DNA of 64,000 nt from Bacteroidota bacterium (GTDB lineage: Bacteria > Bacteroidota > Bacteroidia > Flavobacteriales > BACL11): contig JAYYZX010000025.1 of the NCBI GenBank assembly GCA_036339955.1, forward strand, positions 433 through 64,432. Reading direction: 5' to 3'. Numbering within the stretch: the first letter of the stretch is position 1; each line of letters opens with the position of its first letter. A model generated the notes under the pieces. It did no database searches. It was given only the letters and a program-made list of their open reading frames with translations, and had not been told where the DNA came from. Of the stretch, positions 28,242 through 37,194 are shown piece by piece. The translations under genes were made by a program, and so were the position numbers.

Positions 28242-29192
28242 TTATTTAATATTAATCCAATTATGAATATATATTTCATTTTTAGGATGTAAAGAATCTA
28301 AATTTACAAATTTATTTGGTCTAATTATATGTTTCTCTTCATTTGGATTTAGATAAGCCGCCCACCAACTAAATGTACTATTAGCAATAATATTGTGTTT
28401 ACATTGACTCATAAGATACATGTCATGATAAGAATTATTACAATCAGTGCAATCCACAAAAAACAGAGAAGAATAATGTAGGTTCTTTTTACACCATTCT
28501 AATTCATCTGAAAAAACAAAAAATACAGGATCTTTTACTCTTTCTCTTATATATTTTATAGACTTCTTATAATATTCTAAAGATGCAATCTTTCCATATC
28601 TCCATTTATGATTTGAATAATCTCCTCTTCGGACATGAAGAGAAATTGAATTTGTTGACTGGATCATATTATAAGTTTTTCTCTGTTTCTTAGATAGTTG
28701 AGATTCAAACTTAAAAATTGATAAGATATTCTCCTTAACTGGCTTAAAAAATGATTCATTCTGAAAATAACCATCTAAATAGTTATTTTTATTTTTAGAT
28801 ATCTCATCTATTATTTGTGTAGATTCACAATTATCATCACTTTCAATTATTCTATTAAAAAAAAGTGATGCTTGAAAGAATTTTAATAAGAATGAATCAA
28901 TTTTTAATTTAAATAATTCAATAATAGTAGTTCTGGGTAATGTAATTCCAAATGCTTTCTCCAGCTCAATGCCATTGTGAAAATTGTTAGGATTCTTACT
29001 TATTCTAAATTTAGCATTGCAATTTTTGGAAATTAAAAATATATGAAATGCATACTGAAACATTTGATTTCCAAGACCTCCTTTTAATTTTATAATTATT
29101 TTCCTACCCTTTAATACATTATAATTATTATATACCATAAAATAAATAAGTTTAAATTCTTTTATCCAATTTAATGAAATACAAAATACCAA
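28242..29192 (-). CDS. Alpha-1,2-fucosyltransferase (GT11)
   Basis: The GT11 motifs are present: KLKGGLGNQMFQYAF, HVRRGDY and NSTFSWWAAYL. A start at Met19 (29138) would remove the 41-nt overlap with the flippase gene. Confidence 0.85.
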   Translation of the reverse strand: MVFCISLNWIKEFKLIYFMVYNNYNVLKGRKIIIKLKGGLGNQMFQYAFHIFLISKNCNAKFRISKNPNNFHNGIELEKAFGITLPRTTIIELFKLKIDSFLLKFFQASLFFNRIIESDDNCESTQIIDEISKNKNNYLDGYFQNESFFKPVKENILSIFKFESQLSKKQRKTYNMIQSTNSISLHVRRGDYSNHKWRYGKIASLEYYKKSIKYIRERVKDPVFFVFSDELEWCKKNLHYSSLFFVDCTDCNNSYHDMYLMSQCKHNIIANSTFSWWAAYLNPNEEKHIIRPNKFVNLDSLHPKNEIYIHNWINIK

Positions 29193-30405
29193 AAAACAAA
29201 AGAATAAATTCTGTTAATAATACTGAAAAAGCAGTGCCGTAAATACTATAATAATATGTTAAGACAATAACAGTTAAAACATTAAGAAAGCCACACACAA
29301 TCAATATCTGCATTTTAATTTTATATGCTTTTATAGCAGTTAAATACAAAGAAGTAAATAATAACCCTAATGGAGCTAAAATTAATGCCAATGTGAGTAT
29401 TTTAAATACTACTATATACGACATAATATCAGAAGATGAATAAAGAATATTTATTATATCCTCCGAAAAAACAAATAAGAACATAAATGCAGAGGATCCA
29501 ATTATAAAAGCATATACAATCATCCTTTTTATCAAACGATGTATCTCTTTATTCTCTTTTTTTGAAACCCATGGGAAAAGTGTCTGAAGAAGAGGTCCGA
29601 ATAATCCTTTAACCCCCAAAATTATTTTTTCCATAGCAGCATATATTCCAAGAATATGATTATTTGTCATAATTCCTAGTAAAAAATTAGTTGTAGTTGA
29701 AAAAAGCGATGTTGATAAAGATGATATGAATAAATATGTACTTTCATAAAAAAGATGTTTTGTGTAGGTAAAATCAGGAATAAGTATCTTAATTTTGTAC
29801 GTCCTGAAAGCAAGTAATAATCCAAGGATACCGGAGATTATAAATCCTGCAGAGTTTATTAATGGGACATAGATATAATCTGATTCTTTATGAATAAACA
29901 AAAAGATAGCAAACAAGAAAAATGTTTTAGCTACAAAATTTAACACTGCTATATGCCGCATTTTTTCGATCCCTTGAAAAAACCATATTGGAAATAATGT
30001 TTGTCCGAATACGATTCCAAAAGTCAGATAATATATTAACCAATCAGATCTGAAGTGGTTAAAAGAAAATATGATGATAGAAAGTAGAAGAAATGAAAGA
30101 AAGAAAAGAATTAATTTTATAAACATTACTGTTGAAAAAATAAGTGATACTTTCTCCTTATTATTTATGTTTTTAGCTATTTCTCTGGTTGCAGAGAAAT
30201 TAAATCCATAATCTGTAATTATATTAAAAAACATTATAAATGACTGAGCAAATACAATTAGTCCAAAATAATTAACACCTAATATTCTTAATAAATAAGG
30301 TAGGGTTATTAAAGGAATTAAACTATTTATTATTTGAAACGTAGATAGAGATAAGAAATTAGAAGTTAACTGTTTTCTGTCTTTTTTATGAATTATCATT
30401 GTCAA
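29152..30405 (-). CDS. Wzx-type oligosaccharide flippase (MOP superfamily)
   Basis: About 12 TM segments. The N-terminus FLSLSTFQIINSLIPLITLPYLLRILGVNYFGLIVFAQSF is typical of polysaccharide biosynthesis (Wzx) proteins. Confidence 0.75.
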   Translation of the reverse strand: MTMIIHKKDRKQLTSNFLSLSTFQIINSLIPLITLPYLLRILGVNYFGLIVFAQSFIMFFNIITDYGFNFSATREIAKNINNKEKVSLIFSTVMFIKLILFFLSFLLLSIIIFSFNHFRSDWLIYYLTFGIVFGQTLFPIWFFQGIEKMRHIAVLNFVAKTFFLFAIFLFIHKESDYIYVPLINSAGFIISGILGLLLAFRTYKIKILIPDFTYTKHLFYESTYLFISSLSTSLFSTTTNFLLGIMTNNHILGIYAAMEKIILGVKGLFGPLLQTLFPWVSKKENKEIHRLIKRMIVYAFIIGSSAFMFLFVFSEDIINILYSSSDIMSYIVVFKILTLALILAPLGLLFTSLYLTAIKAYKIKMQILIVCGFLNVLTVIVLTYYYSIYGTAFSVLLTEFILLFFGILYFIKLDKRI

Positions 30406-30414
30406 TAGAGAAAC

Positions 30415-31296
30415 TTATTTCTTTCGATATTTTAATTTGTGTCTTTGTACCCTTTCAATATCTAAAACATCTATACTCTTATAATTTAAAACTCTATAAG
30501 TAGCTTTAAGGTCTCTACTTAATTTTCTTAAACCTGTAGGTTCAAGAGAAGCAGCATGATCAGTTCCCTTCCAAGTTCTATCTAAAGTGAAATGACGTTC
30601 TAACCAAGAAGCTCCAAGAGTGTAAGCAGCAATATCCACAGCAATTCCTAAATGATGACCTGAAAAGCCAATTGCCTTAACCCTCTTCTGAAATTTATCT
30701 TTAATTCTAGATATTTCCAATATACATACATCTTCAAAAGGGACAGGATATCCAGATGTGCACGAATATATTATCAATCTATCTGCTTGTGTAGTTTTTT
30801 CAAAAAAAGAAAGAATCATATCTTCTTCTTCTTGTGTAGTCATTCCTAAAGAAATATGCACTTCTCCTTTATAATCATCTCTTAGTACTTTTAGCATGTC
30901 AAAATGAGTATTGCAGGCTGAAGGCACTTTAATTAATTTAGGAGATAAAGAAACTATTTCTCTTGCTGATGTTATATCCCAAACAGAGCTAGAGTAAACT
31001 AAGTTTAAACTTTCCGCATATTCTTTAAGTTCTCTATGTTGATTAAGATTAAACTCCAGAAACTCTCTATGCTCACCATATGTCCTCCCGTAAGAATGAA
31101 TAGGATTTGGATGCGGCGTATTATATTGTTTGTCTGTTAATAATTCTTTATTATTTCTCTTTTGGAATTTAACTACCTTAACTTTTGCCTCTGAAGCTAC
31201 TTGTATCAATTCTTTGGCAATATTAATATCACCTTTATGGTTACAACCAATTTCTGCAACTAACTTAGGTTCTTGATAACTTAAACTACAATCCAT
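30415..31296 (-). CDS. NeuB-family PEP-sugar aldolase/synthase homologue lacking the C-terminal SAF domain
   Basis: LVAEIGCNHKGDINIAKELIQVASEAKVKVVKFQ and GFSGHHLG...ERHFTLD match the NeuB/SpsE TIM-barrel pattern. At 293 aa it ends before where a SAF domain would be. Confidence 0.65.
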   Translation of the reverse strand: MDCSLSYQEPKLVAEIGCNHKGDINIAKELIQVASEAKVKVVKFQKRNNKELLTDKQYNTPHPNPIHSYGRTYGEHREFLEFNLNQHRELKEYAESLNLVYSSSVWDITSAREIVSLSPKLIKVPSACNTHFDMLKVLRDDYKGEVHISLGMTTQEEEDMILSFFEKTTQADRLIIYSCTSGYPVPFEDVCILEISRIKDKFQKRVKAIGFSGHHLGIAVDIAAYTLGASWLERHFTLDRTWKGTDHAASLEPTGLRKLSRDLKATYRVLNYKSIDVLDIERVQRHKLKYRKK

Positions 31297-31391
31297 GAAT
31301 TAAAAATATAACTACGATTTATCCAAAATTAAGATTTTAGAAAGTAAAAAAGGTTGAAATATCAAACTTTTTACGAATAAATATAACTTAA

Positions 31392-32357
31392 TCACTCTAA
31401 TAAATTATCAAAATCAATATTAATTCTTTTCGTATCATTATTTAAGAAATTATAAAGAGAATTTAATAGAGGTAAATCTTTTGTTATGTCTAGACTTAAT
31501 GATTTTATCATTCTTATAGCATTAAGCCCTTCTAAAACAACAACATGTTGCTCATTATTTGTGTTAAAGAATCCTTTTCCAATAAATAAACCTAAAGTAC
31601 GATTTCGACTCAAATCGTTTAGAGATGTTAGGCACAAGTCCCCAAAACCACACCCTAACAATAAAGTGGCTTCTTTACCTCCTAACTGAATTAATAACAA
31701 TCTCATCTCAGAAAACGCTTTTGTCAGAAACATAAAACGAGTATTAGGAGAATTATATTTTGCGTCAATAATTCCCATTAACAATGCATAAATATTCTTT
31801 AAAACACTAAGTAATTCAACGCCTTTAATATCTTCAGTAGAATCTATATGAATACACGTGTTTTGAAAAATATTTTGTATGGCTTTAAAATGTGTCTGAT
31901 GTGTATATCCTAATGTTAATAAAGTATCAGAATGCTCCAAAATCTCACTAGCAAAAGAAGGTCCCTTAAGAGTAATAACATTAGAAGTTTGTAAATATTT
32001 TTTTAAATATTCAACAATAGTAATACCATTTTTAAATATCCCCTTGGAAAGATTCACAATAAGTACTTCTCGTGATAAACAATTTTTTATTTTTTTAATT
32101 CTTGATTTAATCAATGAAGATGGTAATGCTATAAATATAATATTTGCAGAATCAAAAACTGATATGTCTGTGCTTGCTCTTATCTTATGGTGCAGTACTT
32201 TATTAGGAAAATAGCTCTTATTAGTATTTAAACTATTTATTTCATCAACCTTCTTTATATTATCAGAATATAAAACAACTTTGTTTCTTTCATTGAATAG
32301 TAACTCATTAGCAATGGCTGTGCCAAATGTCCCTGCTCCTATAATAATAATATTCAT
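31392..32357 (-). CDS. NAD(P)H-dependent glycerol-3-phosphate dehydrogenase (GpsA)-like oxidoreductase
   Basis: MNIIIIGAGTFGTAIANEL dinucleotide fold, KG...SFASE and GDL..T..S..SRN.. motifs resembling GpsA. The substrate cannot be told from the sequence. Confidence 0.55.
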   Translation of the reverse strand: MNIIIIGAGTFGTAIANELLFNERNKVVLYSDNIKKVDEINSLNTNKSYFPNKVLHHKIRASTDISVFDSANIIFIALPSSLIKSRIKKIKNCLSREVLIVNLSKGIFKNGITIVEYLKKYLQTSNVITLKGPSFASEILEHSDTLLTLGYTHQTHFKAIQNIFQNTCIHIDSTEDIKGVELLSVLKNIYALLMGIIDAKYNSPNTRFMFLTKAFSEMRLLLIQLGGKEATLLLGCGFGDLCLTSLNDLSRNRTLGLFIGKGFFNTNNEQHVVVLEGLNAIRMIKSLSLDITKDLPLLNSLYNFLNNDTKRINIDFDNLLE

Positions 32358-32367
32358 ATTATAAAGT

Positions 32368-34245
32368 TTAATCTTGATCTGTTAAATCTGTTGAGTAACC
32401 AGAAACATGTTCTAATAACAATTGCTTAATAATTGCCTCTTTCTGTAAATCACGTGCCTCTTTAATGATTTTTATACACTTAAGAATAGTACTCATAGAT
32501 AATTTGTCTTCCCTAGCTTGCATAATTCTAAGATGTTCCGATTGAACAACATTATTACCGATTAATAATTCTTCATATAGCTTCTCTCCAGCTCGTAATC
32601 CTGTAAATTTAATTTTAATATCTCCGTCTGGGTTTTCATGATCAATAGGAGTTAAACCACTTAAATGAATCATTTTATAAGCAAGATCTAATATCTTAAT
32701 AGGCTCTCCCATATCTAAAACAAAAACATCCCCACCTTTAGCCATTGCACCCGCCTGTAAAACTAATTGGACTGCCTCAGGTATGGACATAAAATAACGT
32801 GTTATATTTCTATGAGTAACAGTAACTGGGCCTCCTTTTTTAATTTGCTTTCTAAAAAGTGGAACTACAGATCCTGCAGAATCAATTACATTTCCAAAAC
32901 GAACCATTGAAAAACATGTTCTAGATTTTGCATCAGCAAATGCTTGTAAAATTAATTCTGAAAAACGTTTAGAAGCTCCCATAACATTAGTTGGTCGTAC
33001 TGCTTTGTCTGTACTAATTAGGACCATATTTTCAACATCGTTTTCAAATGCAGATTCTGCTAGATTATAGGTTCCTATTACATTATTATAAACTCCAGAA
33101 ACAACATTTCTTTCTACCATTGGAACATGCTTGTAAGCTGCCGCATGATATATAGTATGGATATTATATTGTTTAATAACATTATTTACCTGGCTTGAAT
33201 TTGTAACTGTTGCTAAAACTGGAACCACTTCTATACCATTTGTAATTGTAAGCTCGTGATGTATAGAGTATAAATTATATTCAGAATTATCAAATAAAAC
33301 TATTTTATTTGGGTTAAGTTTTTTTATTTGTCTAGAGAGCTCAGCACCTATACTTCCTCCGCCTCCAGTGATTAATATATTTTTATCTTCTATATTTCTT
33401 CTTAATAATTTCATTTTAGGCTTTACAATTTCTCTACCTAAAATATCTCCCACATCAACATCCTTTATTTGGTCAAGTAAGATATCTCCGTTTTCTATAT
33501 CATCTATCGTTGGTAATAATTTAACTTCAATTGGATAATTAGTTAACTTTTTTAATATTTCTTTTCTATGTATTTGATCTACAGATGGCATAGCAAAAAA
33601 TAATTCTTTAACTTTCTTTCTCTTAACTAAATCATTAATCATAGTCATAGGAAAAACTTCAAGAGATCTAATAATTGTACCGTGTTTAGTCTTGTCATCA
33701 TCAATAAATGCAATAGGTAAATATGTATCGTTTTTCTTTAAGCTCTCCAGTATTTGTATGCCAGCGCTTCCTGCTCCATAAATAATTGTTTTTCTTTTCC
33801 CAGTTGCCAAATTTTCCCAAGAATATAATATGCCCTGAATTAAAAAACGAGAAGTAATGATTGTTACATTTGAAACAAACCAGAAAATAGCTAATATAGA
33901 TCTTGGTAACGAAGCTTGACCCTGAATCGTTTCTTCTCGAAAAAACATCATAAAAAAACCAATGACTAAACAGCTTATTGAAATTGACTGAATAGTTGCA
34001 GTTACTGTTCTTGCCCCTAAGTATTTCAAAACAGATCTATAAAGACCGAATTTAATAAACAATGGAGTAGTGATTACTGGTATAGCAACAAATAACCACC
34101 AACTAGCATATATATAATCAGGTAAAAGATCTCCTAATCTCAATATAAAAGCAAGAAATAGTGACAAAAGAAGTGTGATTTCATCCATTATAAGCATTAG
34201 GGCCTGCTTTCTAATTCTAGATAAATTGATTAGTCTATTTCTCAT
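32368..34245 (-). CDS. Membrane-anchored UDP-HexNAc 4,6-dehydratase (CapD/PglF/WbpM family)
   Basis: Four N-terminal TM helices followed by two Rossmann-like regions: IIYGAGSAGIQ and ILITGGGGSIGAEL...YHAAAYKHVP. Confidence 0.85.
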   Translation of the reverse strand: MRNRLINLSRIRKQALMLIMDEITLLLSLFLAFILRLGDLLPDYIYASWWLFVAIPVITTPLFIKFGLYRSVLKYLGARTVTATIQSISISCLVIGFFMMFFREETIQGQASLPRSILAIFWFVSNVTIITSRFLIQGILYSWENLATGKRKTIIYGAGSAGIQILESLKKNDTYLPIAFIDDDKTKHGTIIRSLEVFPMTMINDLVKRKKVKELFFAMPSVDQIHRKEILKKLTNYPIEVKLLPTIDDIENGDILLDQIKDVDVGDILGREIVKPKMKLLRRNIEDKNILITGGGGSIGAELSRQIKKLNPNKIVLFDNSEYNLYSIHHELTITNGIEVVPVLATVTNSSQVNNVIKQYNIHTIYHAAAYKHVPMVERNVVSGVYNNVIGTYNLAESAFENDVENMVLISTDKAVRPTNVMGASKRFSELILQAFADAKSRTCFSMVRFGNVIDSAGSVVPLFRKQIKKGGPVTVTHRNITRYFMSIPEAVQLVLQAGAMAKGGDVFVLDMGEPIKILDLAYKMIHLSGLTPIDHENPDGDIKIKFTGLRAGEKLYEELLIGNNVVQSEHLRIMQAREDKLSMSTILKCIKIIKEARDLQKEAIIKQLLLEHVSGYSTDLTDQD

Positions 34246-35368
34246 ATAAACTTTTTATTTCATGTGTCACTCTAGAAATATCCTTTTCGTTCATAGCAGA
34301 ACCGGATGGTAAACAAAGACCTCTATCAAATAACTTTTCTGAAACTTCTCCGCCAAACATCTTATATTTATTAAAGACTGGTTGTAAATGCATTGGTTTC
34401 CATAATGATCTTGCCTCAATATTTTTCTTTTCTAGATGTAAACGAATTTGTTCCTTATCTATTGTGGATTCTTTAGAAAAAAGTATAGTTGTGAGCCATC
34501 TATTCGAAAAAGATTTATTAGGCTCGTTATTTAATAAAATGTTATTAAATTTATTAAGTGTATTTCTGTAAAAATTGAATATTTCTCTTCTCTTATGAAC
34601 TCTATCTCTCAGAATCTCTAACTGACCAAGTCCAATACCAGCACATATATTACTCATACGATAATTATATCCGATTTCTGAATGCTGATAATATGGCTTC
34701 TCATCTCTTGCTTGAGTTGCTAAAAATTTTGCTTTATCAATTAATTTATGGTCTTTTGATAGTAATGCCCCTCCTCCTGAGGTTGTAATTATTTTATTAC
34801 CATTAAAAGAAAATATACCAAATTTTCCAAAAGTGCCCAATTGCTGGCCATCATAAGTAGATCCTAAAGCCTCAGCAGCATCTTCAATAATAGGAATATT
34901 ATACTTATTTGCAATCTTGATAATATCTTTTATTTTGGCTGGCATACCATAAACATGTACTAATATTATAGCCTTTACAGATTTTCCTTTTTGTATTCTA
35001 TCTTTAATAGCAATTTCTAACAAATCTGGACACATATTCCATGTATCTTCTTCACTATCAATAAATACAGGGTTTGCCCCTTGATACATAATTGGGTTTA
35101 CAGAAGCTACAAAAGTAAAACTTGAGCATATAACCTCATCTCCATGAGTAACTCCAAGTAAGATTAAAGCTAAATGAATAGCTGATGTTCCGCTATTCAA
35201 TACTGCTACTGAACTATCATTACATATCCTTGACAATTCTTTTTCAAAAGAAGTAATGTGTGGTCCAACTGGAGCAATCCAATTAGATTCAAATGCTTCT
35301 TGAATATAAGCATGTTCTTTACCTCCCATATGCGGAGGCGATAATAATATCTTTTTCTTATTACTCAC
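34235..35368 (-). CDS. DegT/DnrJ/EryC1/StrS-family PLP sugar aminotransferase (PglE-like)
   Basis: The SFNGNKIITTSGGGALL lysine region and overall family pattern. It overlaps the dehydratase gene by 11 nt. Confidence 0.85.
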   Translation of the reverse strand: MSNKKKILLSPPHMGGKEHAYIQEAFESNWIAPVGPHITSFEKELSRICNDSSVAVLNSGTSAIHLALILLGVTHGDEVICSSFTFVASVNPIMYQGANPVFIDSEEDTWNMCPDLLEIAIKDRIQKGKSVKAIILVHVYGMPAKIKDIIKIANKYNIPIIEDAAEALGSTYDGQQLGTFGKFGIFSFNGNKIITTSGGGALLSKDHKLIDKAKFLATQARDEKPYYQHSEIGYNYRMSNICAGIGLGQLEILRDRVHKRREIFNFYRNTLNKFNNILLNNEPNKSFSNRWLTTILFSKESTIDKEQIRLHLEKKNIEARSLWKPMHLQPVFNKYKMFGGEVSEKLFDRGLCLPSGSAMNEKDISRVTHEIKSLYEK

Positions 35369-35958
35369 TAATAAATTCTTCTGAATATTGTTGCAAAGAT
35401 AATCTTAATGTCTAACCAAAGTGATTGATGATTATAATATTCTAAATTGATTTTAATCTTATCAGGGAAGATTATTTCATCATTATATTTCTTAGGATTC
35501 TCTTGTTTGGCAAGAATCTCTTCTTCATTTGCATACTTTAAAGTAGCTTCTCCAGTAATTCCAGGCCTTAATTTCAATATATTCCTGTCTTGACCAACTA
35601 ATTTGTCTGCATAACCTGAGATGTCGGGTCGTGGACCAACTAAACTCATATCTCCTTTTACAACATTCCAGAGTTCTGGTAGTTCATCTAATTTATATTT
35701 TCTTAAAAATATTCCAATTTTAGTAATTCTAGGATCCCCCTGTACAGAAATAGTATTATTATCTTGGTGATTGATAACCATAGATCTAAATTTTATTAAT
35801 GTGAATAACCCTCCATTCTTACCGACTCTTTTTTGCTTGAATAGTACAGGCCCCTTTGAGTCTAAAGATATTAATATAGATATAAGAATAAACATTGGAA
35901 AGAAAACTATCAAACCTATTATAGAACATATAAAATCAAAAACTCTTTTTTTTGTCAT
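35368..35958 (-). CDS. Small monotopic phosphoglycosyl transferase (PglC/WbaP C-terminal-domain type)
   Basis: RVFDFICSIIGLIVFFPMFILISILISLDSKGPVLFKQKRVG...FRSM...DELPELWNVVKGDMSLVGPRP. Confidence 0.85.
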   Translation of the reverse strand: MTKKRVFDFICSIIGLIVFFPMFILISILISLDSKGPVLFKQKRVGKNGGLFTLIKFRSMVINHQDNNTISVQGDPRITKIGIFLRKYKLDELPELWNVVKGDMSLVGPRPDISGYADKLVGQDRNILKLRPGITGEATLKYANEEEILAKQENPKKYNDEIIFPDKIKINLEYYNHQSLWLDIKIIFATIFRRIY

Positions 35959-36704
35959 ACTCTTTTTCTAATTGCATTAAAAATATATCCTGCAAAACAA
36001 ACTATACTATATGTAAAACTTAATTTTTCGATATTTCTATACAAAAACCAAACTTCCTTAGCTGCCTGTAATTTATTAGATGTATTAGAATCTTCTAATA
36101 TTCTGTATTGAGCTAAATTTTGATTTAACCCATAAGCATCAAACCCTCTTTTCATAATTTCAAGCCATAATGCCATATCATGAGAAGATCGAATATTTGG
36201 CATTTCAAAATATCCCGTCTTTTCTTTGTTAATCATAACCGTTAAGCAACCTATTATTGTGTTTTTTAGATATGCATCATAATCGATCTTTTGTGGGACT
36301 TTTATTGTTCTAAGTATTTGCTTTCCATCTTTTGATATTGTCTCATAATTAGAAAAAGAAAATGCAATATTTCTTTCATTCATAAAAGCAACTTGTGTCT
36401 CTAGTTTATTAGAATACCATAAATCATCAGAATCTAAGAATGAAATATATCTTCCTCGAGCTATCTTAAGCCCCTCATTCCTTGCTTGAGCTGGACCAAC
36501 ATTCTTTTTTAAATAAATTGTCTTAATTCGTTCATCTAGCTTAACTAAAGTTTCAATCTTATCCTTAGTATTATCAACTGAACAATCATCAATTATAATC
36601 ATTTCCCAATTTCTATACGTTTGAGCTAAAACAGAATCAGCGCACCGCACAATAAATCTTGAAGAATTATAAGAAGGTGTTATTATAGATACTAGATTAT
36701 TCAT
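35955..36704 (-). CDS. Family 2 glycosyltransferase
   Basis: VSIITPSYNSSRFIVRCADSVLAQTYRNWEMIIIDDCSVDNT; FLDSDD. Confidence 0.85.
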   Translation of the reverse strand: MNNLVSIITPSYNSSRFIVRCADSVLAQTYRNWEMIIIDDCSVDNTKDKIETLVKLDERIKTIYLKKNVGPAQARNEGLKIARGRYISFLDSDDLWYSNKLETQVAFMNERNIAFSFSNYETISKDGKQILRTIKVPQKIDYDAYLKNTIIGCLTVMINKEKTGYFEMPNIRSSHDMALWLEIMKRGFDAYGLNQNLAQYRILEDSNTSNKLQAAKEVWFLYRNIEKLSFTYSIVCFAGYIFNAIRKRV

Positions 36705-37194
36705 TTACACGATAAATTCCAAAAAATTTACTTTTATACCCATCTGACACTTTCTTATAACCTGCTCTTACCAATCCTTTTATGCTAGCAATATTATCTT
36801 CACGAACTCCCCCCCAAACTACTATATAATGATCAAATGATTTACCAATAAAATATAAAGCAAAAGGATATAATCTACATCCTCTATATTCTGCATCGGT
36901 ATAACAATTTGCAATATACCAATCATCATTCTTCATGAAATCATATTTAAAAATCTTAGGTAGAATATTAGAGTAATGAGCAATATTATTAGATTCTTTT
37001 TCAAGAATATAGAATATCCTATATCTTCCTAAAGAAAATATATACCAAAATAAATACAGTTTTACTGAACCTTTATGTAATTTTAAATTAAATAAAGTTG
37101 GTTTAAAAAAGAAATACTTGAACTTATCATCAATCTCAATTAAGTTTAATTTATCTTTATTATAAAACCAATATTTTTTTTGTTTATTTGCCAT
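36697..37194 (-). CDS. Small GNAT-like acyltransferase (tentative)
   Basis: YIANCYTDAEYRGCRLYPFALYFIG resembles GNAT motif A (V.p.yRG.g....L). Otherwise unrecognised. Confidence 0.4.
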   Translation of the reverse strand: MANKQKKYWFYNKDKLNLIEIDDKFKYFFFKPTLFNLKLHKGSVKLYLFWYIFSLGRYRIFYILEKESNNIAHYSNILPKIFKYDFMKNDDWYIANCYTDAEYRGCRLYPFALYFIGKSFDHYIVVWGGVREDNIASIKGLVRAGYKKVSDGYKSKFFGIYRVNE

